64,000 nt of DNA, taken from assembly GCA_012295275.1 (NCBI GenBank), contig CM022669.1, forward strand, positions 16,554,001 to 16,618,000, in the 5' to 3' direction. This DNA comes from Chrysomallon squamiferum (taxonomy: Eukaryota > Animalia > Mollusca). The translations under genes and the position numbers were made by a program. Shown piece by piece: positions 40,241-52,930 of this stretch (position 1 is its first letter; the number at the start of each line of letters is the position of its first letter). The notes below the pieces were generated by a model. That model was not told where the DNA came from. It saw nothing but the letters and a program-made list of their open reading frames with translations, and did not search any database.

Positions 40241-41136
40241 ATTATCGATTTGTGTCGATGCCGAGGAAATGTCTTATGTATCTAAAAATGGTATTTCATG
40301 TCTCCGAGGGACAGGATGGCCGGAAGACGCAAGAAGCTGTGACCTTTCGATAATGAAAATAATATGGTTTATGTCAGATAGAACAGTAGAGCAAAGATCT
40401 GTCACAGAAGCGAAAATAAACATTTTAAAAACGGTCAGGGTGTTTAAGAATGTAAGAAAGAAGATACGAGCAGTTCAGGATTTTTTTTTTTTTTTTTTTT
40501 TTACATATATTTCTTATAAGAGGACAATAATATGGCGAAACTATAGTTTGAAAAGATGTTATTAAGTGAACAATAAACCAAATCTGTAGAGCAAACGCCA
40601 TATTTTCCTTTCTCTTTATCTTCGTCTGCTTATCTGCTCTTTCTTTGTCTCACTCTCTATATCTGTCTATCCATCTGTTTCACACCTAAACACATACACA
40701 CAGAGAGCGAGAGAGAAAGGGAGAGAAAGAAAGGGAGAGAGAGAGATCCGTGAATAGACAAAAACACGCATGCGTGGTCCACAAACTGACGGAATGGGAG
40801 AACAATGGAGTATATCGACTTCGGATCACTAGAGCGCTGTAGTATTTACAGTGTGTCCATTGTTTTATCTAATGGTACATGCATGTATTCCTGAAATAAT
40901 TCTCAGTGGACATCAGTATACAATCAATGTTTACTCTGGTGATTACGAAAAATCCACATACGTACTGTTTATGATAATGATGATAACGATGATGACGATT
41001 ATCATCATCATCATCATCATCATCATCACCATTTATTTATTTTATTTAATTTAATTTAGTTTAATTTAATTTAATTTAATTTAATTTAATGTAATAACTT
41101 AATTTAAACAATTTAATTTAATTTAATTTTAATTAA

Positions 41137-41188
<52 letters not shown>

Positions 41189-42439
41189 TATTATTATTAT
41201 TGCTTTTACAGCCTACTTGAAGTGCAAGACAAATAATAATATAAACAAATAATTTCAGGAGAAAAACTCTTCAGAACACAATATTCATCTTTCTAACAAA
41301 ACATTCAGTTTCAACTTTAGGCCTCACTATCTTTGTCCACCAGACATCATTCCATTCAGAAATTCAACGAGGCTCGTCAGTTATGTCCGCTTTATCTCAC
41401 TGGTCAGTTCTTGATATTGTCCATCGCAATTCATACTGACGTCCGTAGACGAGGAGTTTCAGCCAGATTAGACCTGAGTACGCTCTGAGAGCAATTGACC
41501 ACTCGTTCCTGAAAATCAGCAATTGTAAGAAAGCTTTGAGAAAATGTTCACATGATTCGAAATAATGGCGAGATGAACAGAGAAACAGGAGGTCCCTCAG
41601 ACTGGTTCATGACTTAACTCAAATATTCCTGTGTTCAGAAATGAAATTAAATTAATTGTTACAAAAAATACCTATTTAGTATTAATATATATATATATAT
41701 TAAAATTAATAATGAAAATGTTTTTTCAGAACAAATCATATAGATAATTCAAGAGAACTTTTAATTAGTTATTTTTCATTTCATATATTTTGAATGTATG
41801 CATGCACATAGATATATACACATACACATATACACATACATAAACATGCACAGATACAAATATTTTCTTTGAAGAGAAAGAAGAAACAAAATAATTAACT
41901 CTAAACGATTTCCTTCAGCTCTGTCAAAAATTCGTTTCACTCATTTATTTTAACCGACATACAAAAAAAAAATTGGCGTATTCCTTTTCGACAAGCCGAC
42001 TGACTGATCGATTAGTCAGTTTTCTGCGGATCTGTCTACATCGGATCAGATTATTTAACTTTTTATTTCACAGACTTTTTGGAATAATACTGCTACGTCT
42101 CTCTATCCATATTACAGCTGGCACTTTGGTATTGTCATTGACTGTAGGACTGCTAGTACTTCGTTTAAATCCTTATTGCAGCTGTAACAAAACGAAAATA
42201 CGTATACATGTTCATACATGATACACACACTCTCTCCCATACAAACACGCGACTTATTAAAAACTATTCGGATTCATCTTACATCCCACACATATCTCTG
42301 AAACCCACCAGTGCCTCAGTATCTGTCGTTCTAACGTGTTAACATGCTAACTGCTGATGGCCCAGTTTCCATGATATATCTGGATTTGTACCATTTTGCA
42401 TTAAATTGCAAAATAAAAAAATTTCAATATTGCTCAGTC

Positions 42440-42507
42440 TGACGTCAATATAAGACTTTATACATTATATATAGATACGTGACGTCTGGTTGTCAATGAT
42501 GACGTCA
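42440..42507. promoter_or_regulatory. CRE cluster (two perfect TGACGTCA and one TGACGTCT) with TATA-like sequence
   Basis: Sites at 42440-42447, 42480-42487 and 42500-42507. Confidence 0.5.
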
Positions 42508-43270
42508 TAATGGATTTACCGAGCTTATGTTAATAAGTGAATTACTTAAAGATAAAAAAAAAAAAAAAAAAAAAAGTGAATTACTAAAGAGGAATTTTAT
42601 TTTATGGCCAAAAGTGTTTTTACTTTTATCGTTTACAGGTACGTTTTTGTTTTATAATCTCCTAACCTACAAGAAAATAATTTGGTGCGATTATTTAGGA
42701 ATTTACGAAAAGAGAATCCATGTTTATTTAAGTAGCATTTTGGTCTAATTTCGCGTTAATAAATACGAAATCAACAGCTACATTTATTTCTTAATTTCCC
42801 AACAAATGACAATCTTATTTATTGTGCATATTCGTGTTGCTATGTTTATCTTGCTCCATCAATTTATCATTTTCGATTCTTCACAGGCCTCGTCTCCTTA
42901 CATTATTAGAGACATGCATAGCCAAACAAAGTACAAATGTATGTACCTGGCTATATGGCTATTGTATTTTTGTCTTTTTATGGATAAACATAATAGATTG
43001 ACGAAGATATAAATATGCCATATAATTTGTCCATTTATGACTGAAAAATTACTTTCATTCCGATCAGAAATGAATGATGATGATGATGACGACAACAACA
43101 ACAACAACAATAACAACAATAACAACAGTAATGTTAATGATAATGACTAAAATAAAATCCACTAATAGTCCAACTCCTGGAAAACATCTCAACTATTTCT
43201 CTGATACTGATATGATTCTGAACCATATTCTCTTTCCTTTTCTTTTTTCTCTCTCTCAGGTAAGCTCTCT

Positions 43271-43327
<57 letters not shown>

Positions 43328-43529
43328 TTCTATTTCTAAAAAACCACAAAAGTCAAGATAAGATCTATAAATTTATCAACAGGCAAAACCTGAAGAAGAA
43401 ACAAGCAGAAAACAATTCAGCTGGTCTGATAAAACAACACAATAAAATACAATGTAAATAATACATGAACGGTGAAACATAACATATCTGCTGTTGAAAA
43501 CTTTTTTTTTTTTTTTTGTCTTCAGTTTT

Positions 43530-44070
43530 TGGAAAACATTAGATACAAATTGGATCTATTGTTTTCAGTAAAACTTTGATTACAATGGACTTACAGTTTT
43601 CAGCAAACATTTATATATAAAATGAACCTGTAGTTGTTTGTTTTATTTTATTTTTTATTTTTTTTTTTGTAAACATCATTTGTACATTGGATCTACTGTT
43701 TTTGATAAAAATGGAAAACTAAAATGGGTAACATTTGAACCTGGTCTGTAATTTTAAGAAGATATTACATGTAAACTGGATCTATACAAAATCTTATCAC
43801 ACTGAATCTGCTATTGGCAGAAATGTTTTTAAACGGGATCTATAGCTTTCAGTGAACAATATACATGAACTGGATCTATTGTTTAAAAAAACCCCAAAAA
43901 CTTTGTAAACTGTATCTATAGTTTTTGGTAAACATAAACAGCATCTATTGTTTTCAATAAAAATGTTTATGAATTCGGATTTGCAGTTTTCAGTAAACAT
44001 TACATTTAAATGGATCTGCTTTTTTGGGGGGTTAAAAATGGATCTGCTGTTTTCACTGCAACTGGATCAG
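43530..44070. repeat. Degenerate tandem repeat, unit about 38 bp (core TGGATCTA..GTTTTCAGTAAACA)
   Basis: More than ten recurrences of the ggatct...gttttc motif at roughly regular spacing. Confidence 0.75.
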
Positions 44071-44643
44071 CTTCGAAAACAATTATCATTATTTACCAAA
44101 AATACACAATTAGATACACGGTCTTGAATACATATGTTTTTTGGTATCTGCTGATTTTGAATTACAGATTAAATGAAGTCTGGATGTGCTGTTGTTAACG
44201 AGCTTAGTCGATTCAATATACATCATCTCAACAAAGGCATCATCTTTTTAATATACATTTAGATGCATTTTGTTTTCACAGTAGATTAGGTATGCAGTTT
44301 CAAAGACAAACTGTTATTTACATTGAAAATGCAATTTTTGAACACAAATTGAATATACAATGGAGCTTTGAGTCTAAATGCAAAATAATTGTACAATGTT
44401 GTTTTGAAAACACATTTTTATATATACAAAATATTTGCAAAGTGTGAACAGTTAACAATGTTTACAAACATAATAAGAAAAAAAATTAAAAATTATGCAT
44501 TTTGTTCAAATAATAGTAACAGTTATAGTAATAATAAAAATTAGTGGTAGTAATAATAATAATAGTTTCTGACAGATTTTTGATGACAGATTTTAAGAAA
44601 AATAATGAATACATTATGCTGTTATAGCTATTTCGTACAAGTC

Positions 44644-44699
<56 letters not shown>

Positions 44700-44993
44700 T
44701 GATAATGTAACAATAATAATAATAATAATAAAAATAAAAATATATATTTAAAGAATAATAAATTAATTCATCTTTTTAATACTCATTTTTACCCTGATCA
44801 TAATTTTTTTTTTTAAAGTATTAAGTTTATTAAAAGTTATAAAAGATATAATATCAGTTTGTTAAACTAAAACATGGAATAACAAAATGGAATAAAAGGT
44901 GAGAGGGTTATCCATTTACACAGGCACTTAATCAGTAAACAAAACATATGAGTTTCATTTCGTTTTAAACCCTTTCTAGCATTACAAAAATAT

Positions 44994-45105
<112 letters not shown>

Positions 45106-46155
45106 TAGTTGTTTATCAGACTTTAATAAAGATCTTTTCATATTCATAAAACATTGTTGAAAAAATAATTCGGCAATATGACTGTTATTTAAAGATACTT
45201 TTAGTCAAATTCAGATTGTTTGTCAGCATACTTTGATTTTCATTAGCATAGTTTAAACAATTAGAAATCAACTGGCCACAGTAGATATGAGTAAATAAAG
45301 GCTTATGTCTGTATCACAGGGTGAGCAGTTGAAATAAGTTTCCTGAAATTTAACAAACACCCCAAAATTTGTGTTACGGATACCTTTAATTACAATCATG
45401 GTCTGGCAAAATATATATATATATATCTATATTCAACAAGTGCCAGACCAACAAAATTCAGTAACAGCTGCTTAACTATCTCTTAACTGAAGTTGTAGGT
45501 GTAAGAATTGTTAATAAATGCACAAAAAAGTAAATTCTTAACACTGACACTGAAAAGTACAACCAGTCTGAATTTTTTTTTATGTACAAAATACTTTTTA
45601 AAAGTTGTAATATATAATAAGGAAATAAAGCATTATTCACTGCCATTTTAATACTTTTGGCCAATAGTTGAAAAAACAAATGTTCTTCATAAGAACATAA
45701 TACAAATACTAAAAATAATGAAGTAAAAAAAGAAACAAAAAGAAATTTGAGATATGGATTTTAAATGATTTGTCAGATATTATCAAAAGTACTGTTATAC
45801 AGTAGGGTTCTTTTTTTTCTCTTTTTTTTTGTATTATAGTCTTTTCTTTAAAAATATATTTGAACAATGTCTCTCCTGTTTTCTTCTTGTTAGTTCTGTC
45901 AAGAGTAAGATTGTTTCAAAAAAATTTTTTGTTTTTTAAATTTCATTTTCATCTTATGTCAAATTGAACTGATATACTCTGTTAAACAAAGCATTTTTAA
46001 TTTGTTCTATTTTATTTTTCTCGGGATATTTTCAGAATCACTCTAGAGTTGTTTTCTTTAAAAAAAAAAAAAACATTATTCGTGAGGAATTTTCCATACC
46101 ATTAACAGGTTTTTGATTATATATCTTCGGAGTGATTTGTAAAAATATCATTGTT

Positions 46156-48579
46156 TTATTTCTGTGTTGATTCTGCAGACTGGGGGTTATTTAACTGGCC
46201 CTGGATATTTTGAGAACTGGCAGCTCTGTTGTCCATGCACGGAGGTCCCATAACATTGATACTTGGTTTCACTTCGTAACGGTCATTGTGAATAGCGTGG
46301 TCCTCTGAAGATGAATGTGATTGCATGAAAGGAGACTGACATGGTGGAACATTTCTACCCATTCCAGGTGCAAGAGCTGAACAGGGCGGTTGAGATGCTT
46401 GAATCAGACTTCCAGGGAAGTCACACAGATGAGGCAAGTACGGCGGTTTGCACCGAGCCATTGCTTCAGCCGACAATGGGAGACAACCAGGATTGTAACA
46501 GCCAATGGACTTCTGTGCATTGTTCTGACCGAGAGCAGAGGAAGCATCTGAAAACATGTGATGGATGTTGATGTCGTTAGCGTGGAGGTTTGACAGAGTC
46601 TGAGCAGTGATGTTTGATGATGTACCGTCGTCCCTGAAAGATGGTGGTCTGGTGAACCCGACATCGTGCTGGTCTTTCTTTGATGATGATGTGTTCTGAC
46701 TGGAGGTGATTTGAGATGAAGACTTTGTGCTGGAACCATCTTCAGATGAGGACTGATTTTTAGACATGGCAGATGAAGACACAAGACCTACAGATGATAG
46801 GACAGTAGCTGAAGTAACCAGAGGGGGAGTCTTACTGAACATGCGTCTGCCAGAAGACTTGTTCTGAACATTCTGCATTCTCTGGTGACCTCCAATGGAT
46901 GTCCGTGACCCAGAACTAGATGCAGAAGTGTCAGCTCCAGAAACATTTTGTGCTGCAAATCTGAAGTTGTAATCCACAGAGTCTGAGACGGACTCGGAAC
47001 TTTCACTGAGGACCTGACGCACCTCTCGTTCATGACTCTTCAGATGATGCTGAAGCCTGTCTTTTCTGGAATACTGTTTGTCACAGATGTCACATTTGAA
47101 TGGTTTTTCACCTGTGTGCATTCTGTAATGCCGCTGGAGATGTTCAGGCCGACTGAACGACTTGCCACAGATCTCACACGTGGCCAGCAGAGACTTGTCC
47201 GAGATGTGGGTCAGGATGTGTCTCTTGCAGTGTTCTTTCCTCATGAATCTCATCCCACAGACATCACACTTGTGTGGTCTCTCACCAGTGTGCATCACCT
47301 TGTGTCTGTTCACATGCTGCTGAGTCTGGAAGAGCTTCCCACAAACATCACAGGCTACAGGGTCCGTGTGAGTCTTCATGTGACCCAAAAGATGCGACTT
47401 GGCCACGAAAACCTTTTCACAGACCTCGCAGCTGAACACTTCAGATCCATGAGCACTGGGGACATAGTTCTTTGACAGGGCTTCATTCTGATGTCTCATC
47501 AGATGAGCTTTGAGGTGTCCCCAGACACTGAACGATTTCTTACACTTTTCACATTTGAACTGTCGCCCTTCGTTTGGGTCCTGTCCACCTGCAACAACAC
47601 TCTCGTGCTTTGACACATGAGACTTCAGTTGTTCCCAGCTGGCACACGATTTTTCACAGATCTGGCAAGTGAAACATTTGCTTTTGACATTGCCACTTGA
47701 GACATTATTTGTCGGGTGAACACTTGCATGGACGTCGATGTGATTTCTAAGATCATCCAAAATGTGAAAACCCTCACGGCAGATGTTGCAAGAGTACGGC
47801 ATGTCAGCATGCGCTGTGTATGTCATGTAAGTGGCCACTCTGTCCATTCTGTGAGAGTTCATGTGCTCATCAAACAACTCCTGAGCTGTGAAGGATTTAG
47901 AGCACAGGTTGCAACCAAACGAGTAATCGTCAACATGCTTTTCTCCATTTTTGCTCCTATGTTCAGACAGATGACTGTCGAGACGAACTTTAGTTTCAAA
48001 TGATGAGCCACACAAATTACAAATATACAGAGTCAACGGTTCGATATTGTTTGTGTTGTCCATTGGCTTACATTGTCTGTTGCTAAAGCTGACGTCCGTT
48101 TTGTCCATCAGATTGCCATGAAGGTGACTCTTGACAGAAGACATGTTATTTGTTGAAGAGTCTTCATTCATATTAGATACTCTTGGAAAACATGACTCAA
48201 AGCTAGACTCTGGCATTTTTTCAGTTCTGTTCATGCTGTCAAGAAGTTTTTGCTCTTCAACATGAGCAGACGTGGATTTGGCAAACTGCTGTGGATCAGA
48301 CAGTCCATAGGAACATTCTTGTTCGTTTGTACTCTTGACGTCAGACATTTTGGCAGGCCTGTGCGTTGCCATGTGCATCTGAATCTGCGCCCACACTCCA
48401 AACGACTTCCCACAGATGTTGCATCTAAATATAGAAACACCATCGGATGTCGGACACACACTGATGGCATCATTATCAAAGTGATGATGAATCTGGTTCT
48501 GAATGGCTCCTCCAGGCGAAGGAGAAGGAGTGATTCTGTCAGGGGTGTTCATCCTGATGAGAAGGTCATGTCTCAACAT
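46156..48579 (-). CDS. C2H2 zinc-finger protein, 807 aa, 11 fingers, single coding exon
   Basis: Uninterrupted ORF with 11 CxxC-x12-HxxxH motifs. TGERP/TGEKP linkers occur in the C-terminal finger cluster, followed by a Ser-rich then Pro/Cys-rich tail. Confidence 0.93.
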   Translation of the reverse strand: MLRHDLLIRMNTPDRITPSPSPGGAIQNQIHHHFDNDAISVCPTSDGVSIFRCNICGKSFGVWAQIQMHMATHRPAKMSDVKSTNEQECSYGLSDPQQFAKSTSAHVEEQKLLDSMNRTEKMPESSFESCFPRVSNMNEDSSTNNMSSVKSHLHGNLMDKTDVSFSNRQCKPMDNTNNIEPLTLYICNLCGSSFETKVRLDSHLSEHRSKNGEKHVDDYSFGCNLCSKSFTAQELFDEHMNSHRMDRVATYMTYTAHADMPYSCNICREGFHILDDLRNHIDVHASVHPTNNVSSGNVKSKCFTCQICEKSCASWEQLKSHVSKHESVVAGGQDPNEGRQFKCEKCKKSFSVWGHLKAHLMRHQNEALSKNYVPSAHGSEVFSCEVCEKVFVAKSHLLGHMKTHTDPVACDVCGKLFQTQQHVNRHKVMHTGERPHKCDVCGMRFMRKEHCKRHILTHISDKSLLATCEICGKSFSRPEHLQRHYRMHTGEKPFKCDICDKQYSRKDRLQHHLKSHEREVRQVLSESSESVSDSVDYNFRFAAQNVSGADTSASSSGSRTSIGGHQRMQNVQNKSSGRRMFSKTPPLVTSATVLSSVGLVSSSAMSKNQSSSEDGSSTKSSSQITSSQNTSSSKKDQHDVGFTRPPSFRDDGTSSNITAQTLSNLHANDINIHHMFSDASSALGQNNAQKSIGCYNPGCLPLSAEAMARCKPPYLPHLCDFPGSLIQASQPPCSALAPGMGRNVPPCQSPFMQSHSSSEDHAIHNDRYEVKPSINVMGPPCMDNRAASSQNIQGQLNNPQSAESTQK

Positions 48580-50033
48580 ATCAGAAGGAGAATGTTTACA
48601 ACATGGTTGTAAAACAAAGAGAAATGTCTTGTAGTAGTTTTGTATTTCAGTTTTTTTCCTAAACTTTGCAAAACATTACTGGACTTCTACATTACTCTCA
48701 GTAGAAATGTTATTCGCTGTTATCTGAGCACAGGAAGATGTTGAAGATGAACGATTCATTTGGAAATGTCATCCTGAAATAATTAATTGTACATATAATT
48801 AATTATGCTATATTCATAAATATTTATAACCATAAAAGATAATAATTACCTATAAGAGAAAATTATAAACAGTAAATAAGAAAAAACAATATCATAATAA
48901 AATTACTGTGCTTGTGGAATGCTACATGTCTGAAATGCACAATCATTTTTTTTTTTTTTTAAATGCTACAAGTTTCTGACAAATTCTAGAAATGACATCA
49001 TTTATATGATCCTTGTGCTAAAATGAAACATTAATGAAATGTAAAACTATAATAGCTATTATAAAAAATAAAAGAAATAAAAAAATAAAGTCAAAATTTA
49101 GTTAGAAACTGAGTGATTTAACAAATATACTAAGAAATTATTTTGGTTTTCTAACTTTGAAAACAAATAATAATAATAATAATAAGCAATTTTTATATTA
49201 CTATTTCAAGTCTTCAAGCCAAAATGTTACATTTAAAATATAACATTTAAAACACAAATTAAAATAATGTCATGATTATTATTATAGTGAAAAATGTATT
49301 AAAGATGCTGGTATACATAAAATATTGAGGAATTTCTTTATTTTATTTTTATTTTTTTTTTCTACACCTAAATTTAATTTTTATAGTAAACAAAATATTG
49401 TAATGCTTGCAAATGCAACTGAAATGAGTTAGCCTCAGTGACTCAGTCTTTATAGCTCTATTGTTTTAATAAAGACAAAAAAGGATCTTGAAAAATAATT
49501 GGACAGTTCTGTAAAAACCAGCTGATTATATTAGCAAGCTTTGCCTAAATCATAATAAATAAGTACTGAAAATACACAGCTAAACTACTATTTCAGTATA
49601 TGTGTGCACACACACACACACTGACAATTAATTATCTGTATAAAATGTATTATCACAGATTAAGAAACATCATAAATAGCTTATTTTATTCCTGCATCCT
49701 TAACTTACATCAATTAAAACAGTCTGTAGGTACCTTCTTAAATACATTAAAGCCAGTTGTTTGTGTGAAAACATTTAATTTTTCTACATTAATCCATTTT
49801 TGCTTTATATGTGTGTTAATAAAACCCGAAGATTACTTTATCATTATCATTGTAACTTTCTACTATTCCACATTTAAGTTACGCACTCACTTCCTTATGA
49901 CACAGTAGATATTCCCGACAATATTTTGTGGTAATTTTAGCATAAAGATTTGAAATAGCGATATAAAAATCATGATGATTATGAATTTGTTTTAGCTTTT
50001 AACTGCTTGAGCTACTCAATTTTGAACAGGATG

Positions 50034-50262
50034 AAGGAAGGAAGGAAGGGGGAAATCTTTTATTTAATGATTCACTAAACTTATTTTATTTACAACTTTT
50101 TCCCTATACCAGACATATGTCATGATATGGTTAAGGACTATTCTTTTAACAGAAGAGAGCAAATCTACTTCCACATGGGATATTCTTTTTCTACAGTGCA
50201 ACCCCCAGACAGGATAGTACATACCATGGCCTTTGTTAAACCAATTGTGAAACAGAAATGGC
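50034..50262. mobile_element. Degenerate SINE-like interspersed repeat in the ZNF intron
   Basis: GAAG-repeat end followed by TTTATTTAA...TTTTATTTAC...ATATGGTTAAGGAC...CAGACAGGATAGTACATACCATGGCCTTTGTTAAACCA. I recognise this from memory as a highly abundant gastropod repeat family. Not database-checked. Confidence 0.55.
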
Positions 50263-51716
50263 TATATATATATATATATATTAAGCAAAAGCAGTTAAAT
50301 CAATTTCACAGAATATATAATAATGCCAATTCAATATTTGTTTTAATAAAGTAGTAAATGATTAATTTGATAAAACAAGAATTTATAAAAATAATAATCA
50401 TTATCTTCATCATCCTTCCATGTACCGATATATTTTATCTTTTGTCACTTTGCATAAAACTTATTTAGTAAATACATTTATATGAAATAAACTGTAATTT
50501 CAGATAAACATTATGTCACACAATTAATAGATATTTCCAGTCTATCCAAAATAATAATAATAACAACAGTAATAAATAATAACACAACTGGATTAAAATG
50601 TACATAATAATTAAATAAATATTTAAAAAATCTAACACACTGGCTGAATACCAAGTCAAAAATATTAAAACATTGTATTAATTATTAAGCAAAGAATTAG
50701 TAATTTAATTTTTATAAAAACAGATGATTCCAGAATTATTTCATTCCTTCTTAAACATGACATAAATACCTGAAAATGCCACTTTTAAAAATTAGTTCAT
50801 CATTATTTGATTTTAATTTCCAGTCATCCAGCTCATGAACATTTTTTTTTTTTTTTTTTTTTGTTTTTTTATACTGTCAGGAGACTTGAGGAATTTTAGT
50901 CTAGACACAAAATAATACAATGTTCAAACTGTTCCTGAAAGTTCTACAATGTAATACATCAAGTCAGCTTATACGTCATCAGTCTGCGAATATTTCTTTT
51001 TATTTGTTTATTTATTTATTTATTTATTTATTTAAGAAGTAAAAATATATTATTATTTTATTATTTATTCCTTTTAATTTTTGGTCGAGATTGAGTGTGG
51101 TGTTGGTATAGGGTGCTTCAGAAAAAAAAAAAGGATTTAGAAAAGGGGTGATAATAATAATAATAAAAGAAAATTATAATAAATATAAACCAAAATAATA
51201 AAAATGTGCATTTTAAGGCATGAAATAAATCAATGAAATTGGCTGATGGTATTTTTAAATTTTTTACTATTTCTTATTATTACTTCTGATTGTTGCAAAA
51301 TCTGCTTCATGTGAGTAATTTTATTTTAAAATGTGAACAACCAACAACTGTGAAAAATGGAAAATGTCAATGTTTTAATAATTCAAATAAACATTATTTC
51401 TAACATCACTTCAAGCTATTTTCTCACACTATATCATCTAATAACATTACAACAGCTACCTTCTCTAAAATGAGATGGCAGGAATGTTTTGTTTGATCTA
51501 TCTTTTCTTTTTTTTATTTATTTTATGTTTATTATTATTATTATATAATTTTTTTTGGGGGGGGGTATTTTACTTCTTGAATATCTGTATTAGACTTCAT
51601 TTTAAATACAAGATGGCTAATTCCTTCCCATTTTTATTTCTGCCTTAATATAGATGAAAATAGCTAAAAAAAAAAAAAACCCCATTTATTTGGATATAAG
51701 TAAACACATGTTTTAC

Positions 51717-51881
51717 CATACTTCCGGACAAAATATATTGACTATCAGACATTATTCTGTGCATGGTTTTTCAAACTATCCCTCATGGAGATCTTTTGCT
51801 AAAGTTTGGCTATTCCATAGTTAACTGGGGCTCCACGAGGCAAGTTTACTATCTTAATATATTCTTTGTTCTTCCTTTAGA
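51717..51881 (-). other. Probable non-coding 5' UTR exon of the ZNF gene
   Basis: TTTTATAG acceptor (51882-51883) and ATG|GTAAAA donor (51715-51716). All three frames are closed and the GC content is higher than in the flanks. Confidence 0.5.
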
Positions 51882-52704
51882 CTATAAAATTCAGTCAGAA
51901 AATAAAGTATATATAAATGAAAACCAAAAAAATATACGTGTGTTGTGTGTGTATCGACAGACATGTTAATGTGCGTGTTTTAAGTATTACCTGTTTTTAT
52001 ATATTAAGAGACTGTTTATTTTTTTATTTCTTGTGCATTTTTATAACTATCAGGTTTTCATATGCAATCTGTAAATTATAGAGGTCTGACAACAAAGCAA
52101 AAGCATCTGAGCATAACATCTCCCCAATGCTAACAGAATAATTTCAAATCAGCTATCCAAAATTGTTCATCAAACATGATTTCTAAGCTTCTCGATATGT
52201 TCCTAACATACAGAAATCATCTGCTACATTAAAATTAAACAGGTTTTTTTATAAAACATAATATAAAGCATCAAAACTATGCAATGTATTTATTCATTTC
52301 CAGTTTTTGATAGTTATCTATATTTATCTCCTGAATATGAATCTAAAGAAAATGTTGCCAGGAATAGAATTGTTAGTAATTTTATTTGTGGACGTATTCT
52401 AAGGATTCTAAAACAGACAAAAGTAATTTTCTGTTCTACAAGTAAATTTATAAATTAAGATGATAAAGAAGTAATTATTAGAGTGGTTAGTTTTAAAGTA
52501 ATTTATTATGTCGTAAATCTACTATTAAATCCAGAATTGTAGTAAAATTTTCTTGGAAATTATTTACGAGACACACTAGAAAAACTTTACGAGATAAACT
52601 GTTTCGTTATAGTCACTAAATCTAAGTAACACTGACACATTTTTATATAAATCCTGGTAATAAGTCGGAACGACAACACATCGATTCCTAGCACACCATC
52701 TTAC

Positions 52705-52930
52705 CCCCAGCTGAGAAATGAATATTTTAGGAATGTGGAAAATAATAAAGCATCTGTCAGTTCAGACATATAAATCGCTCGATACTAAAGAACAATGCGA
52801 TCGTTAAAACAAAGACATATAATCAAACGTGATACCTGATAAAATGATAACTTGCAAATACACCATTCTTTCCTACTTTCTGCCGACAACTGATAGCTAG
52901 TAAGAACGATAACTCCGATCACGTCTGTGA
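52705..52930 (-). other. Candidate first (non-coding) exon / TSS region of the ZNF gene
   Basis: GG|GTAAGA donor at about 52703-52704 and a second CAG|GTATC donor at about 52834-52835. CpG density rises here relative to the gene body. Confidence 0.35.

Noticed and set aside
46341-48612. Several antisense and alternative-frame ORFs over the ZNF CDS
   Set aside because: Shadows of the 807-aa coding frame.
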